Shown: positions 47,671 through 57,335 of the stretch, one piece after another
Layout: every line of letters starts with the position of its first letter
How positions within the stretch are numbered: the first letter of the stretch is position 1
NCBI GenBank assembly: GCA_965242865.1
Contig: CBDETK010000013.1
Coordinates: 3,296,001 to 3,360,000 of the forward strand
Source of the DNA: Candidatus Latescibacterota bacterium
GTDB lineage: Bacteria; Latescibacterota; UBA2968; UBA8231
Direction: 5' to 3'
Length of the DNA stretch: 64,000 nucleotides
Notes under the pieces: generated by a model
What the model saw: only the letters and a program-made list of their open reading frames with translations
The model's database searches: none
Told to the model about the DNA's origin: nothing
Translations under genes and position numbers: made by a program

Positions 47671-49175
47671 TCTTTTCTTTTTACGTATTGGTATATATAA
47701 CCTAAGATCTCTTTTTGCAGCAAGTCTGCTCCGGTTTCTCTAGCCTTGAGGATTTCGAGCAGTTCTTTCGTCTGTCGCGTAACGAACTCTTCCTCGTCAT
47801 GATCGGGAAGAATGATGGGAGTTCGCAGGACGTATTTGGCCGAATTATTCGCGGAAGGATTGATCGCTTTAAGACATACCCAAAAGGGAGTGGAATTACA
47901 ATAAGCTAACAAAAACTCCAGACTGATTCTCTTTGGAAAAATTCCAACGATCGATTGATCGAATAGCGACTCCTGAATAAGTGATGCTGTTGGTTTTGTC
48001 GAGGTGACCATCGGAAAGCCAATTCCCTTTCTAAAGTAGTACGAAGAGTTCTGAAATCTTGCTTTTCGGTCGGACTTGTAATGGGCCACACACTCTTTAC
48101 TCCAGTTCACAAACCACATATTGGGCTTCAAAAAATGATAGCCTCCACCCTTGAGAATGGGGACAAACGTACGTCTTCCAGAAAGCCCGTTTAAGATATG
48201 TGGAACGCCTTCGGGCTGCCTCTCAATCCGATTGGAATCGACGATCTGATAGCCGTTTGATCGCTTGACTGAAATAGAAGCACACCGCAAAAAGTGTTTA
48301 TCATTTCCCGAGTAAAATCCAGTCGCGCAATCAGCAACATTAGCCACTGTTAATCCATTGCGAGATAACTCTTCTATCGCTATCTGTTCTGGAAAAACTG
48401 GAATGGTGTAACTATGAGTCTTCAAAATGTCCTTCTGTAGAAGGAAACTGGAATTTGCTTCGATATGATCAGGCGATTCAAATTCGCTTATTTCATCGAC
48501 AAACCTGAGTCGGAATGAGTGATTTGCTTTGGCCTTCTTCCGAGAGATTGAAACTATGCAAAGATCGGCATGGCCAAAAGAGATTCTTGGAAATAGGGAA
48601 GACTTGAACACATCTATCGTTTCAACGGAAAATTCTTTAAGAATATATTCTCTTAAAGATTCGTGTAGATGAAGGTAGAGAAATGTGTTTGGTATGATGA
48701 AAACCAGCTTTCCATTCTCCTTTAATAATCGCAAACATCTGAGCAGAAAAAGGGTATAGGTCTCACGGACGTAGAACCCCCGAAAACGCTTCTTCAAATC
48801 AGCTCTGCGCTCGCATTCTTGCCATCCGCCATAAGGGGGATTGGCAATAATTTTGCTAAAGCGTGGTCCCAATTTCTCTCGAAGTTCGAGATTGGGACAA
48901 AGTATGGTGTCCTCTTTAACTATTTGAACGGTAGGATCTTTAGAGAATTTCTTTTGCAGGTTGGAAATCTGATTGGAGTGAAGTTCATACGCAGTGATGT
49001 ATAGGTTGGAGTTCGCCTTTTGAACGGCCTCGATTAGATGACCGTCACCGGCTGCCGGCTCAAACACGGTATCACCCTCAACCAAATACAAGAGGCTAGC
49101 CATATATCTACCCAATGCCTCGTCGGCGGTGAAGAACGCCCGATATGGGTCTTTATGTCTTTCTCGAACTACCAT
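47619..49175 (-). CDS. N6-adenine DNA methyltransferase, gamma class (Eco57I/TaqI-like)
   Basis: FFT, FEPAAGDG (motif I), IANPPY (motif IV), C-terminal target recognition region; AT-rich. Confidence 0.9.
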   Translation of the reverse strand: MVVRERHKDPYRAFFTADEALGRYMASLLYLVEGDTVFEPAAGDGHLIEAVQKANSNLYITAYELHSNQISNLQKKFSKDPTVQIVKEDTILCPNLELREKLGPRFSKIIANPPYGGWQECERRADLKKRFRGFYVRETYTLFLLRCLRLLKENGKLVFIIPNTFLYLHLHESLREYILKEFSVETIDVFKSSLFPRISFGHADLCIVSISRKKAKANHSFRLRFVDEISEFESPDHIEANSSFLLQKDILKTHSYTIPVFPEQIAIEELSRNGLTVANVADCATGFYSGNDKHFLRCASISVKRSNGYQIVDSNRIERQPEGVPHILNGLSGRRTFVPILKGGGYHFLKPNMWFVNWSKECVAHYKSDRKARFQNSSYYFRKGIGFPMVTSTKPTASLIQESLFDQSIVGIFPKRISLEFLLAYCNSTPFWVCLKAINPSANNSAKYVLRTPIILPDHDEEEFVTRQTKELLEILKARETGADLLQKEILGYIYQYVKRKESNKTLGPTVLRAVAQL

Positions 49176-49908
49176 TCTAAATACTGTAGCAAATTATTAT
49201 CCGCAAAATGCTCCGCGGTCTCGGGGAGTAAATCCACGGCCCAGTCAATGTTGGAGGAGATCCACTCGCGCAACCCAAATCCGGTGTAATCGCCAATTTT
49301 GTTATAGGCATTCTCACTACAATAGGCCTCCCATACTTCGGAATTCTTCAAGGTCTGAAAATAGCGATTACTCTGATCTTCTCGCGCTCGGACGAGCAGG
49401 ATATTTTCGTAGTCATCCTCTAAATTGTGGTAGATCGTTGCTACCATTAACAACCGATTTGTGTTGCCCTTCTCATTTGATCCAAAACCACTCTTGAAAT
49501 CGATATTGACCTTTTTTCCACCGATCTCGGCATGGAAGTCAAGCTGGAGACTTATTTCGCCCGAGTCGACCAGAACCCAAACCTTTTCGTAGTATGCGAG
49601 AAGTTCTTCTTTTTGCTCAGACGACAGCGAAAGATCGGCAATATACTTCCCGATCTCTTTTCGCCGGCTTGATCGGACCTCAGAAAAAAGAGGAGGCACG
49701 AATGGCCTGATGTCTGCCACGGAATAGGAAAATGGAATGTGAACAAAACGCTCCCATAGTTCGCCAATTCTGCGAGAGAAGGCCATGTATTCGTATGGCC
49801 AAACTTGATTTCGAAGATCGAGCATTGCCACTTGTGTACAGTAGGTAGAAGCTAGAACTGAGTGCAATCTGTCTTCACTAGTCCACTCTTCTAATCTTGA
49901 CGTATTTA
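49169..49908 (-). pseudogene. putative type II restriction endonuclease, 5' end truncated by IS5
   Basis: GELWE...LDFH...IDFKS PD-(D/E)xK-like motif; frame open up to the IS junction; overlaps the MTase start. Confidence 0.65.
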
Positions 49909-50839
49909 GAAGCGGTCTGAAAACTATATTTTTCTATTTGATTCGTTTAAGTACTAGGTGGATCATGGCGATCTGAATCAAGGCTTCGCTATGGCGCGTC
50001 AGGACCTCATACTCTCGGGCATGGCGTCTAAAATTCATCAACCATGCCCAGGTGCGCTCAACGACCCAACGCCGTTTGAGTACGGTACATCCGGGGCCTT
50101 GTTTGGCGACGATTTCCAAGTCGATCTTGTGCGTCTTTTTGAGGTTGGCCACCCATGTTCGGATCGCCGCGCCGCGATAGCCGCCATCGCCCCACAGTTT
50201 GCGTAACCGGGGAGTGCCGGTCGCCTGATAGCGGGTCAACACCTGCTTCAAGCCTGCCCGGTCTTCGACATCGGCGGCGGTGACCACCACCTGTTGAAGC
50301 AAGCCCAAGGAGTCGACTAATAGAGGACGTTTGCGTCCTTGGATTTTTTTCCGGCGTCATATCCAGTTGTTTTACCTTGGGTTGCAGTCTTTATCGTCTG
50401 GCTGTCGATACAGCCAGACGATGGCGTAGCCGCCCGGCCGGTACGACGACGTTCCTGCTGAGTGAGCCGACCCAACACCTGCGCCCAGACCCCTTGGCGA
50501 CTCCAGCGGCGGAAGGCATCATACACCGTCTTCCAAGGACCAAAACAAAGCGGCAACAACGCCCAAGGACAGCCGGCCTTCGTCAGATACAAAATACCAT
50601 GGACGATCGGGCGCCGGTCGCGCGGTGGCCGACCCGGACCCTTGGGACGCCAAATCGGAGCCGGCAGTACCGGTTCGATCGGCGGCCATTGCGCATCGGT
50701 TACATCGGTGGCATATTGACCATGCGGCGTACTCATTATACGAGCCTTTCTGTTCAGATTTTTTGGCGAAACCTGAAGATGGCTCAATGAGTACGCCAAC
50801 TCAAATACGCGATACATCACAGAGTTTTCAGACAGCTTC
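49909..50839 (-). mobile_element. IS5-family (IS1031-like) insertion sequence
   Basis: 17-bp TIRs GAAGCGGTCTGAAAACT / AGTTTTCAGACAGCTTC (1 mismatch). Transposase split into 50317..50736 and 49934..~50350 at an A7 run; motifs YATDVTDAQW, IDSQT, DGGY, RWVVER. Confidence 0.9.
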
Positions 50840-51146
50840 TCAGGTCAAAATCAAGGTGTATGCGGATTTTGCGCTTCTCATCATGGCGATGCACCAGAGA
50901 ACGAAAACCACCTAGATCAGTATAACCATAACCTATCTTTGTACGATCTGGATCGACTCCTGCGGAGCTTTGATACACCTCGACCATGTTTTGATACACC
51001 TCGACCATGTACTGCAGGGCCTGTAACACCGTTGATTTGCCCGAACTGTTTTTGCCAAACAGCAAGGTAATCGGGCGAATGGGGATGGTCACGGCATCGC
51101 CGATTCCCTTGAAGTTTTCTATGGTGATAGATGTAAGAGTAGCCAT
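50840..51146 (-). pseudogene. AAA/ABC-type ATPase N-terminus truncated by IS5
   Basis: ITIENFKGI...LFGKNSSGKST; 21-bp internal duplication MVEVYQ x2. Confidence 0.8.
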
Positions 51147-51389
51147 GATTCTCTCGCGATAGTAAAAGAATGGTAAAAACCTACTGGTGACAAGCAGCCA
51201 CGTCAAGGAACTTCCATTAGGAAATACTGTTCCCGATGCCCAGCTTTTTCTCGACGGCTCCTACCCGTGCGTCACTGCGGATTCTTCTAGCCATGATCCT
51301 ATCCTTTCTGTTCGGTTTAGACGGATGAGCTCTCGCTGGACAACGAGTTGACGCTACCCAGCGAGAGTTGAACGATATGCTAACGCAAC

Positions 51390-51750
51390 TCATCTTAAGA
51401 CATCTCGTCCTTCACCCACTTCCTCAATGAGCGTCCGGTTTGTTGCCGCCACAATGCGTACATCCACGCTGATTGGTTTGGATGCACCGAGGCGGACGAT
51501 CTCGCCTTCTTGAAGGACGCGCAACAATTTTACCTGCATGTCCTTGGGCAACTCGCCGATTTCGTCTAAAAAGAGCGTACCGCCATGGGCCGCCTCAAAA
51601 TGACCTTTGCGTGCGGCTTTTGCGTCGGTAAACGCACCTTTTTCGTGCCCAAACAGTTCGGCTTCCACGAGAGCGTACGGAATTGCACCGCAGTTTACCG
51701 CGATAAATGGCTTATCCTTTCGCAGGCTGTGTTGGTGAATGGCGCGGGTA
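51390..51750 (-). pseudogene. sigma-54 activator AAA domain fragment
   Basis: [41 protein letters not shown]; both ends missing. Confidence 0.85.
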
Positions 51751-51781
51751 AAACTGCACGTTTCAGCAGTTCTGAGCGAAC

Positions 51782-52666
51782 CTATTCGCCGCGATGTGCG
51801 ACAACGCCGCGCGGATGCTCAAAGGCGTCGATCCACAAGCGGCACCATGTCTCGTGGTCGGTTAGCTCGCTGGATGGGGCGCGGCGGGAACGGGCGACGA
51901 AGTCGGGGTGGCCAGTGCGGCCGGTGGGCTGGCCGGTGGGTTGGTAGCGCAGGTCGAGGGACCAGCGGCACTGATCCGAGTAATTGGGGGTGGAGCGATG
52001 AGGCGTAAAGCGGCTCATGAGCACCACGTCGCCGCGCCTGCACTCCAAGGGAATGGGTGCGGTTTGGGGCATGGCCTCGGGGGCGATGGTGGTGCCGCCG
52101 GCCGACAAATGCCGGAGATAGCCGGTTTCGACGAGGCCGGGCAAGACCTCCATGCAGCCGGTCTCTACCGTGGCTTCGGCCAAAGGCAGCCAGCAGGTGA
52201 CCACGTCAGAGCCTTCGGCTTCTGGCATCATCACGCCGGCGTCTTGGTGCCAAGGCGCATTGTGGAAGGAGGGGCCTTCGCGGTTTTCGTAGGCTTGCGG
52301 CGGCTTGGCTCGCAAGTGCTGAATGGGGTTGCAGGTCAGTTCGGGACCCAAGAGCGATTCGAGGAGGTCGAGCAAGTTTTCGTTGCGCAAAAATTTGAAC
52401 ATCGCCCGCCCCCGATAGTGCATGATGTCCATTCCGCGCCCGATCGCAGGGCACTGCTTGAACAGCAAGCCGTAGCGCGTGGCAAACGGGGCGTCCTCGT
52501 GCAGGTCCGCTATTTCGCCCTCCGCGTGCAGTGCCCGCGCCCGCTCGTCGATCCACGCTGACAGCTCGTCGATTACCGGCTGCAAGTCGTCGTGGGTAAG
52601 CACCGCCCGGGCGATGATGACGCCGCGGGTGTTGAATTCTGCTAACTGCTCTGCTGTCAGTCTCAT
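51782..52666 (-). CDS. phytanoyl-CoA dioxygenase family (Fe/2OG)
   Basis: [23 protein letters not shown]...RWSLDLRY. Confidence 0.88.
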   Translation of the reverse strand: MRLTAEQLAEFNTRGVIIARAVLTHDDLQPVIDELSAWIDERARALHAEGEIADLHEDAPFATRYGLLFKQCPAIGRGMDIMHYRGRAMFKFLRNENLLDLLESLLGPELTCNPIQHLRAKPPQAYENREGPSFHNAPWHQDAGVMMPEAEGSDVVTCWLPLAEATVETGCMEVLPGLVETGYLRHLSAGGTTIAPEAMPQTAPIPLECRRGDVVLMSRFTPHRSTPNYSDQCRWSLDLRYQPTGQPTGRTGHPDFVARSRRAPSSELTDHETWCRLWIDAFEHPRGVVAHRGE

Positions 52667-52738
52667 CTCTTTTTGCTCCGCTGCTGAAAATCACTGATGA
52701 ACATACGCGGGAAAGCGACAGGTTCCTTGCTGATAGGG

Positions 52739-54721
52739 CTATCGCTGTCTCGCCACCTTGAACTTGAAGTTCTTTGCCGGTCGCGGCGTCGGCACATTCG
52801 TCATTTTCAGTTCGTAACCGGGCGGGTCTAGGACGAGTTCGGCCTCGTGCAGGATGGCCGCCAGCGTCAACAAGGTCTGCGCCTCGGCAAAACCGGCCCC
52901 CAAACACCGGTGCGTGCCCACGCCGAAAGGCACATAGGCATTGGGTTGCCTGTGCTCGGCGCGGTCGGGCAAGTAGCGGTCGATGTCGAAGCGGTCCGGG
53001 TCGGGAAAACACTCCGGCAAGCGATGCGTCACGGCCGAGGCGACGAACAGCGACCGGCCAGCGGGAATGCGGTAGCCAGCAAACTCGAACGAGTTTGATA
53101 CGGTGCGGGAAACGACGGGCGCGGCCGGATACATCCGCAGCGATTCCAACACCATGCGGTGGGTGACATCGAGTTGGCGCAGACGTTCTACCGTTGGCGG
53201 CCCCTCGGCGAACAGGGCGTCGGCCTCGGCCGTCATCTGCGCCATCAAATCCGGGTGCTTGAGGATGGCATAGAGCGTAAACGTGCAGGTGGTGCCAACG
53301 GTCTCAATCCCCACCAGATAGGGGGCCAGCACCATAGCCGTCATGTCGGTCTCGGGCATGAACTGCGGGTCCGAGCGGTGGAGGTCAATTACGTCGTTTA
53401 CCAAGTCGGTGGCGTCGCAATGCGGCCCTCCGGGCTCATGGGCCTTCAGCGTCTTTTGCGCCAACTCTTTGAGCCGCTCGTGAGCTTTCTTGAATCTGCG
53501 CCTGAACAAAAACGCGGGAAGCTGTTTCGATATCTTGGTCTTCAGCAATGTTTCGAGGAAGAAGGCCAAATCTTCCAAATAGTCGCCCGCCGATGCGCCC
53601 GACAAAATCGTGCCCATCTGATCGGCAATGATGCGTTGTACCGCGAGCAGCGGCTGGATCGGTTGATTGAGCGGCCAGGCCTTGGCGTGGCCGCGAGCAA
53701 TGTCGCTGGCGACATCGAGATGATTTTGGAACCGCGCCCGCGAGAAGGCCGGGGCGAAAGCCTGACGGTGGCGCACGTGTTCCGGCCCGTCCATGTAGAG
53801 CATCACCCGAGAGGCTTCAAGCCCATCAGCCAGCCCTCGCCAAGACTCGTACGAGCGGAGAAAGAACCGCCCCTTCCGATTGACGAATTGGTTGGCTTCC
53901 GGCCCGGCGAGGACGAGCATCTTCCGACGGAGGAGGCGAATTTCAAACACCGGCCCCAGTTCCAAGTACTGCTGATGCAGAAAACTGCGGATGTCCTTGG
54001 CGGCATCCAGTGCGCTGCCGAATATGGGCAATCCCTTGACAATGGGTATCTGCTTGGGCGCGACCACTGCGCCCGGAGCGGTCAACGCTTCGGCGGATTC
54101 GCGCACTGCCTCGGCGACGGCTTGGCCGATCAGGTCCATGCGCGAAACGATGGCGACGCGCTCACTGGCCTCCTGCAACTCTTCTTTTGACAGGATTTTC
54201 TCGAACATGCCACAGGCGTCGGCCAAGCAGATGAGCACGATGTCGCGCGGGTCGGGTATGTCGTCGCTGAACAGAACGCGCATGATCCGCAGTTGCACTT
54301 CCTGTTCGGCCTTGCCTTCCACAATGGGATAGCGGCGGGAACGCGCCACCCCACGCGCCAGAGCGATGGCCCCTTCCTCGGCCGAGGCCAGAATGCCGGT
54401 TTTTAGCAGGCGAGCGAGCGCGAGGTTGCGAATTTGCTCGCCGGTTTGCGCGATGCGGCGCACGTAGTATTGGGCATTGTGCGTTCCCGCGGTCTGCGCG
54501 ATGTCAGCCAGCGTGGGGTCCAGCAGGTCGTCTTCAACCGGCGTGGAATCGACCAAAATGAGCTTTTCGAGATCCGCGTCAATCCGATTTTCAAGGGCCA
54601 AGTCCATGAGCACGGCCCCGGCGAGCGCGAGGTTCAGATGCGGCTCGGGCACAAAGGCGAGATCGCCGCGATCCTCGTTGAGGATCAGCAGCAGCAGTTC
54701 TTCGGCAAATCGCAGGGCCAT
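52739..54721 (-). CDS. GPP34 (GOLPH3/Vps74) domain - cytochrome P450 fusion
   Basis: N-terminal FAEELLLL...LAGAVLMDLALENRI; P450 motifs GIET, ESLR, PDRF, FGVGTHRCLG. Confidence 0.88.
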   Translation of the reverse strand: MALRFAEELLLLILNEDRGDLAFVPEPHLNLALAGAVLMDLALENRIDADLEKLILVDSTPVEDDLLDPTLADIAQTAGTHNAQYYVRRIAQTGEQIRNLALARLLKTGILASAEEGAIALARGVARSRRYPIVEGKAEQEVQLRIMRVLFSDDIPDPRDIVLICLADACGMFEKILSKEELQEASERVAIVSRMDLIGQAVAEAVRESAEALTAPGAVVAPKQIPIVKGLPIFGSALDAAKDIRSFLHQQYLELGPVFEIRLLRRKMLVLAGPEANQFVNRKGRFFLRSYESWRGLADGLEASRVMLYMDGPEHVRHRQAFAPAFSRARFQNHLDVASDIARGHAKAWPLNQPIQPLLAVQRIIADQMGTILSGASAGDYLEDLAFFLETLLKTKISKQLPAFLFRRRFKKAHERLKELAQKTLKAHEPGGPHCDATDLVNDVIDLHRSDPQFMPETDMTAMVLAPYLVGIETVGTTCTFTLYAILKHPDLMAQMTAEADALFAEGPPTVERLRQLDVTHRMVLESLRMYPAAPVVSRTVSNSFEFAGYRIPAGRSLFVASAVTHRLPECFPDPDRFDIDRYLPDRAEHRQPNAYVPFGVGTHRCLGAGFAEAQTLLTLAAILHEAELVLDPPGYELKMTNVPTPRPAKNFKFKVARQR

Positions 54722-54767
54722 TGCCCACCTCCTGTCGGTGCTAGGCGTCGCCTGTCGGCGGTTGATA

Positions 54768-54880
54768 TAGCAATCCTACATCATTCAAGACTGGATTCCC
54801 GCTTTCGCGGGAATGACGCTTCATAGGCAAAAAACAGTGCCGATCAACACTCCATGCTTTCGAGTCATTTAGGACTGCTA
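54768..54880. mobile_element. 113-bp MITE with TA target duplication, carrying a REP-like hairpin
   Basis: TIRs TAGCAATCCTACATCA / TCATTTAGGACTGCTA, TA on both sides. Excision restores WNYQPPTGDA*, matching the paralogue's WNYRPPSGDA*. Confidence 0.85.
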
Positions 54881-56022
54881 TAGTTCCACTCTTCCACGGC
54901 GAACCGCCATTTCTTCCCGACCCGGTCAATAATCGCTGGATCGAGTTGGAACGCGTTCTTGCGATAATCGGCGATGGTCTTGAGGTACGCGGCGATCTGG
55001 GGCTGGGCGTTTTCCCAATCGGGCAGGTCGAGTTCGGCGTAGAGCCGCGCCAGTTCGCCGAGCGGGTCGCGCTCTAGGTCTTCAAAGCGCACTTCCGCTA
55101 AGTGACCGGCCGGAATCAGAGCGCGGTCCGCCAAGTACTTCTGCATCACCACCGGATAGGCATCGGTGACAAACTGCTCTATTTCCGACCAGTCGTAGTC
55201 GTCGAGTTGATACACGCGCAGCAACTCGCGGTACAGATGCAGGAGTGACGGATACAAGTTGTATGGATTGCGGACGATGTGAATGAACTTGGCGTCGGGA
55301 AAGAGGCGCAGCAGGTGATCGACCCGGCCGATGTTGACCACGTTTTTCAATAGGAGCGGCCGGCCGCCGGTGTGGAGCGTCGTCTTTTGCAAGACGCGCA
55401 GGTACGCCCGCTCCCACCGGCGCAATTCGCTTGCCGTCAAACGCTCGCCCTCGCTCGCCCTCGCTCGCCCTCGCTCGGGAGCTGCGCCCATCAGCACGTA
55501 CTTTTCAAACAACCGCCAACGCAGTTGCGGAAACGTGAGGTGGTGGATAGCGGACAGAGTGGTTGAGCTAGCGAGTGCCGCATCTTCTTCTTGCGGCGTA
55601 TCCAAATCGACTTTCACGTTGTCCATCGGCCGAGTTTGTGCGCCCAACTCCGCCAGCCCCTTTTCCATCCGGCGTTTCAACCATCCCCGCCCGACCAGCG
55701 AAAAGGTTGAGGTCATAATCTGATAGGTAGATACGTACCCGTACGCGGGGTCTTGCGCCAGCAGATTCTGTAGGTGCGTCGTGCCGGACCGCCCAAACCC
55801 CAAGACGAACAAGGGCGCGTGCTCAATTTTTGTGTTGGCGATTTGCCGGGAATACAATAGCCATTCCGCTAGGCGCAACGGCGTGGCCATGGCGGAGGCG
55901 ACCAGAATCCGCGCGAGTTTGCCCCAATACGGCTTGGGCACACCCCGGTTCGCCAGAATGAGACGCAACCACACGAGAGGCGGCGCGAACGTAGATGGGT
56001 GGAATTCGTTTTGCATGGGCAT
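54865..56022 (-). CDS. sulfotransferase, Stf3-like, copy 1
   Basis: 5'-PSB GFGRSGTT, RPMDN, PQEED, 3'-PB IHIVRNPY. Confidence 0.88.
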   Translation of the reverse strand: MPMQNEFHPSTFAPPLVWLRLILANRGVPKPYWGKLARILVASAMATPLRLAEWLLYSRQIANTKIEHAPLFVLGFGRSGTTHLQNLLAQDPAYGYVSTYQIMTSTFSLVGRGWLKRRMEKGLAELGAQTRPMDNVKVDLDTPQEEDAALASSTTLSAIHHLTFPQLRWRLFEKYVLMGAAPERGRARASEGERLTASELRRWERAYLRVLQKTTLHTGGRPLLLKNVVNIGRVDHLLRLFPDAKFIHIVRNPYNLYPSLLHLYRELLRVYQLDDYDWSEIEQFVTDAYPVVMQKYLADRALIPAGHLAEVRFEDLERDPLGELARLYAELDLPDWENAQPQIAAYLKTIADYRKNAFQLDPAIIDRVGKKWRFAVEEWNYSSPK

Positions 56023-56029
56023 CTTCGGT

Positions 56030-57163
56030 TTAGGCGTCGCCGCTCGGCGGTCGATAGTTCCACTCTTCCACGGCGAACCGCCATTTCTCATCAACCCGGT
56101 CGATGATCGCTGGATCGAGTTGGAACACATTCTTGCGATAACCGGCGATGGTCTTGAGGTACGCGGCGATCTGGGGCTGGGCGTTTTCCCAATCGGGCAG
56201 GTCGAGTTCGGCGTAGAGCCGCGCCAGTTCGCCGAGCGGGTCGCGCTCTAGGTCTTCAAAGCGCACTTCCGCTAAGTGACCGGCCGGAATCAGGGCGCGG
56301 TCCGCCAAGTACTTTTGCATCACCCGCGCATAACTCTCGACGAGGAACTCCTCCACTTCCGACTGGTCGTAGTCGTCGAGTTGATACAGGGGAAGCATGG
56401 TGCGGTACAACTTCATGAGCGATGGGTACACGTTGTATGGATTGCGAATGATGTGAATGAACTTGGCGTCGGGGAAGAGACGCAACAGGTGATCGGCCCG
56501 GCCGGTATTGATGGTATTTCGCAACAAGAGTTGTCGCCCGTCGGCGTGGAGCGTCATTTTCCGCAAGATGCGCAGGTACGCCCGCTCCCAACGACGCAGT
56601 TCGCTTGCCGTCAAACGCTCGCCCTCGGGGTCCGCGCCCATCAGCACGTACTTCTCGAACAACCGTCGGCCCTGCTGCGGAAAGGAAAGTTGGTGGGCAA
56701 AGGACAGGTCGCTCAAGTTGGCGAGGGCGACATCTTCTTCCTGCGGCGCGTCCAGCGAGATTTTCACGTTATCGACCCCACGGGTTTGCTCGCCCATGTT
56801 TTTTTCCATCAGGCGTTTCAACCTTCCTCGGCCGACCAGCGAAAAGGTCGGCAGGACCATCTGGAAGGCCGTCAGGTATCCGTACGTGGGGTCTCGCGTC
56901 ATCAGATTTTGCAAGTGCGTCGTGCCCGAACGGGCGAACCCCAAGATGAACAAGGGGGCAGGCTCGATCTTTGTGTTGGCGATTTGGTGGGAATACAACA
57001 GCCATTCCGTTAGGCGCAACGGCGTGGCTAGGCCGGTGGTGATCAGAATCCGCGCGAGTTTGCCCCAATACGGCTTGGGCACGCCCCGGTTCGCCAGAAT
57101 GAGACGCAACCACACAAGGGGCGGCGCGAAAGTGAGTGGGTGAAAGTCGTTTCGCATGGGCAT
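56030..57163 (-). CDS. sulfotransferase, Stf3-like, copy 2
   Basis: GFARSGTT, PQEED, IHIIRNPY; close paralogue of copy 1. Confidence 0.88.
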   Translation of the reverse strand: MPMRNDFHPLTFAPPLVWLRLILANRGVPKPYWGKLARILITTGLATPLRLTEWLLYSHQIANTKIEPAPLFILGFARSGTTHLQNLMTRDPTYGYLTAFQMVLPTFSLVGRGRLKRLMEKNMGEQTRGVDNVKISLDAPQEEDVALANLSDLSFAHQLSFPQQGRRLFEKYVLMGADPEGERLTASELRRWERAYLRILRKMTLHADGRQLLLRNTINTGRADHLLRLFPDAKFIHIIRNPYNVYPSLMKLYRTMLPLYQLDDYDQSEVEEFLVESYARVMQKYLADRALIPAGHLAEVRFEDLERDPLGELARLYAELDLPDWENAQPQIAAYLKTIAGYRKNVFQLDPAIIDRVDEKWRFAVEEWNYRPPSGDA

Positions 57164-57184
57164 TCTCCCTTCGCTACCAATTTT

Positions 57185-57238
57185 CTGGATTCCCGCCCCG
57201 TGTCGGAGCACGGGGTGACGTTCTTGCGCGGGAATGAC
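57185..57238. repeat. REP-like palindrome
   Basis: CTGGATTCCCGC-[CCCGTGTCGGAGCACGGGG insert]-GCGGGAATGAC. Confidence 0.65.
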
Positions 57239-57335
57239 CGCTCGCGTCGTCATGCAAGACTAGCCAAAAGCAACATGAGTTTTAAGAACGCTTCTCCGTT
57301 CTGCTCACTCTCGCGGCGATAGTCTGTCAGTACAA

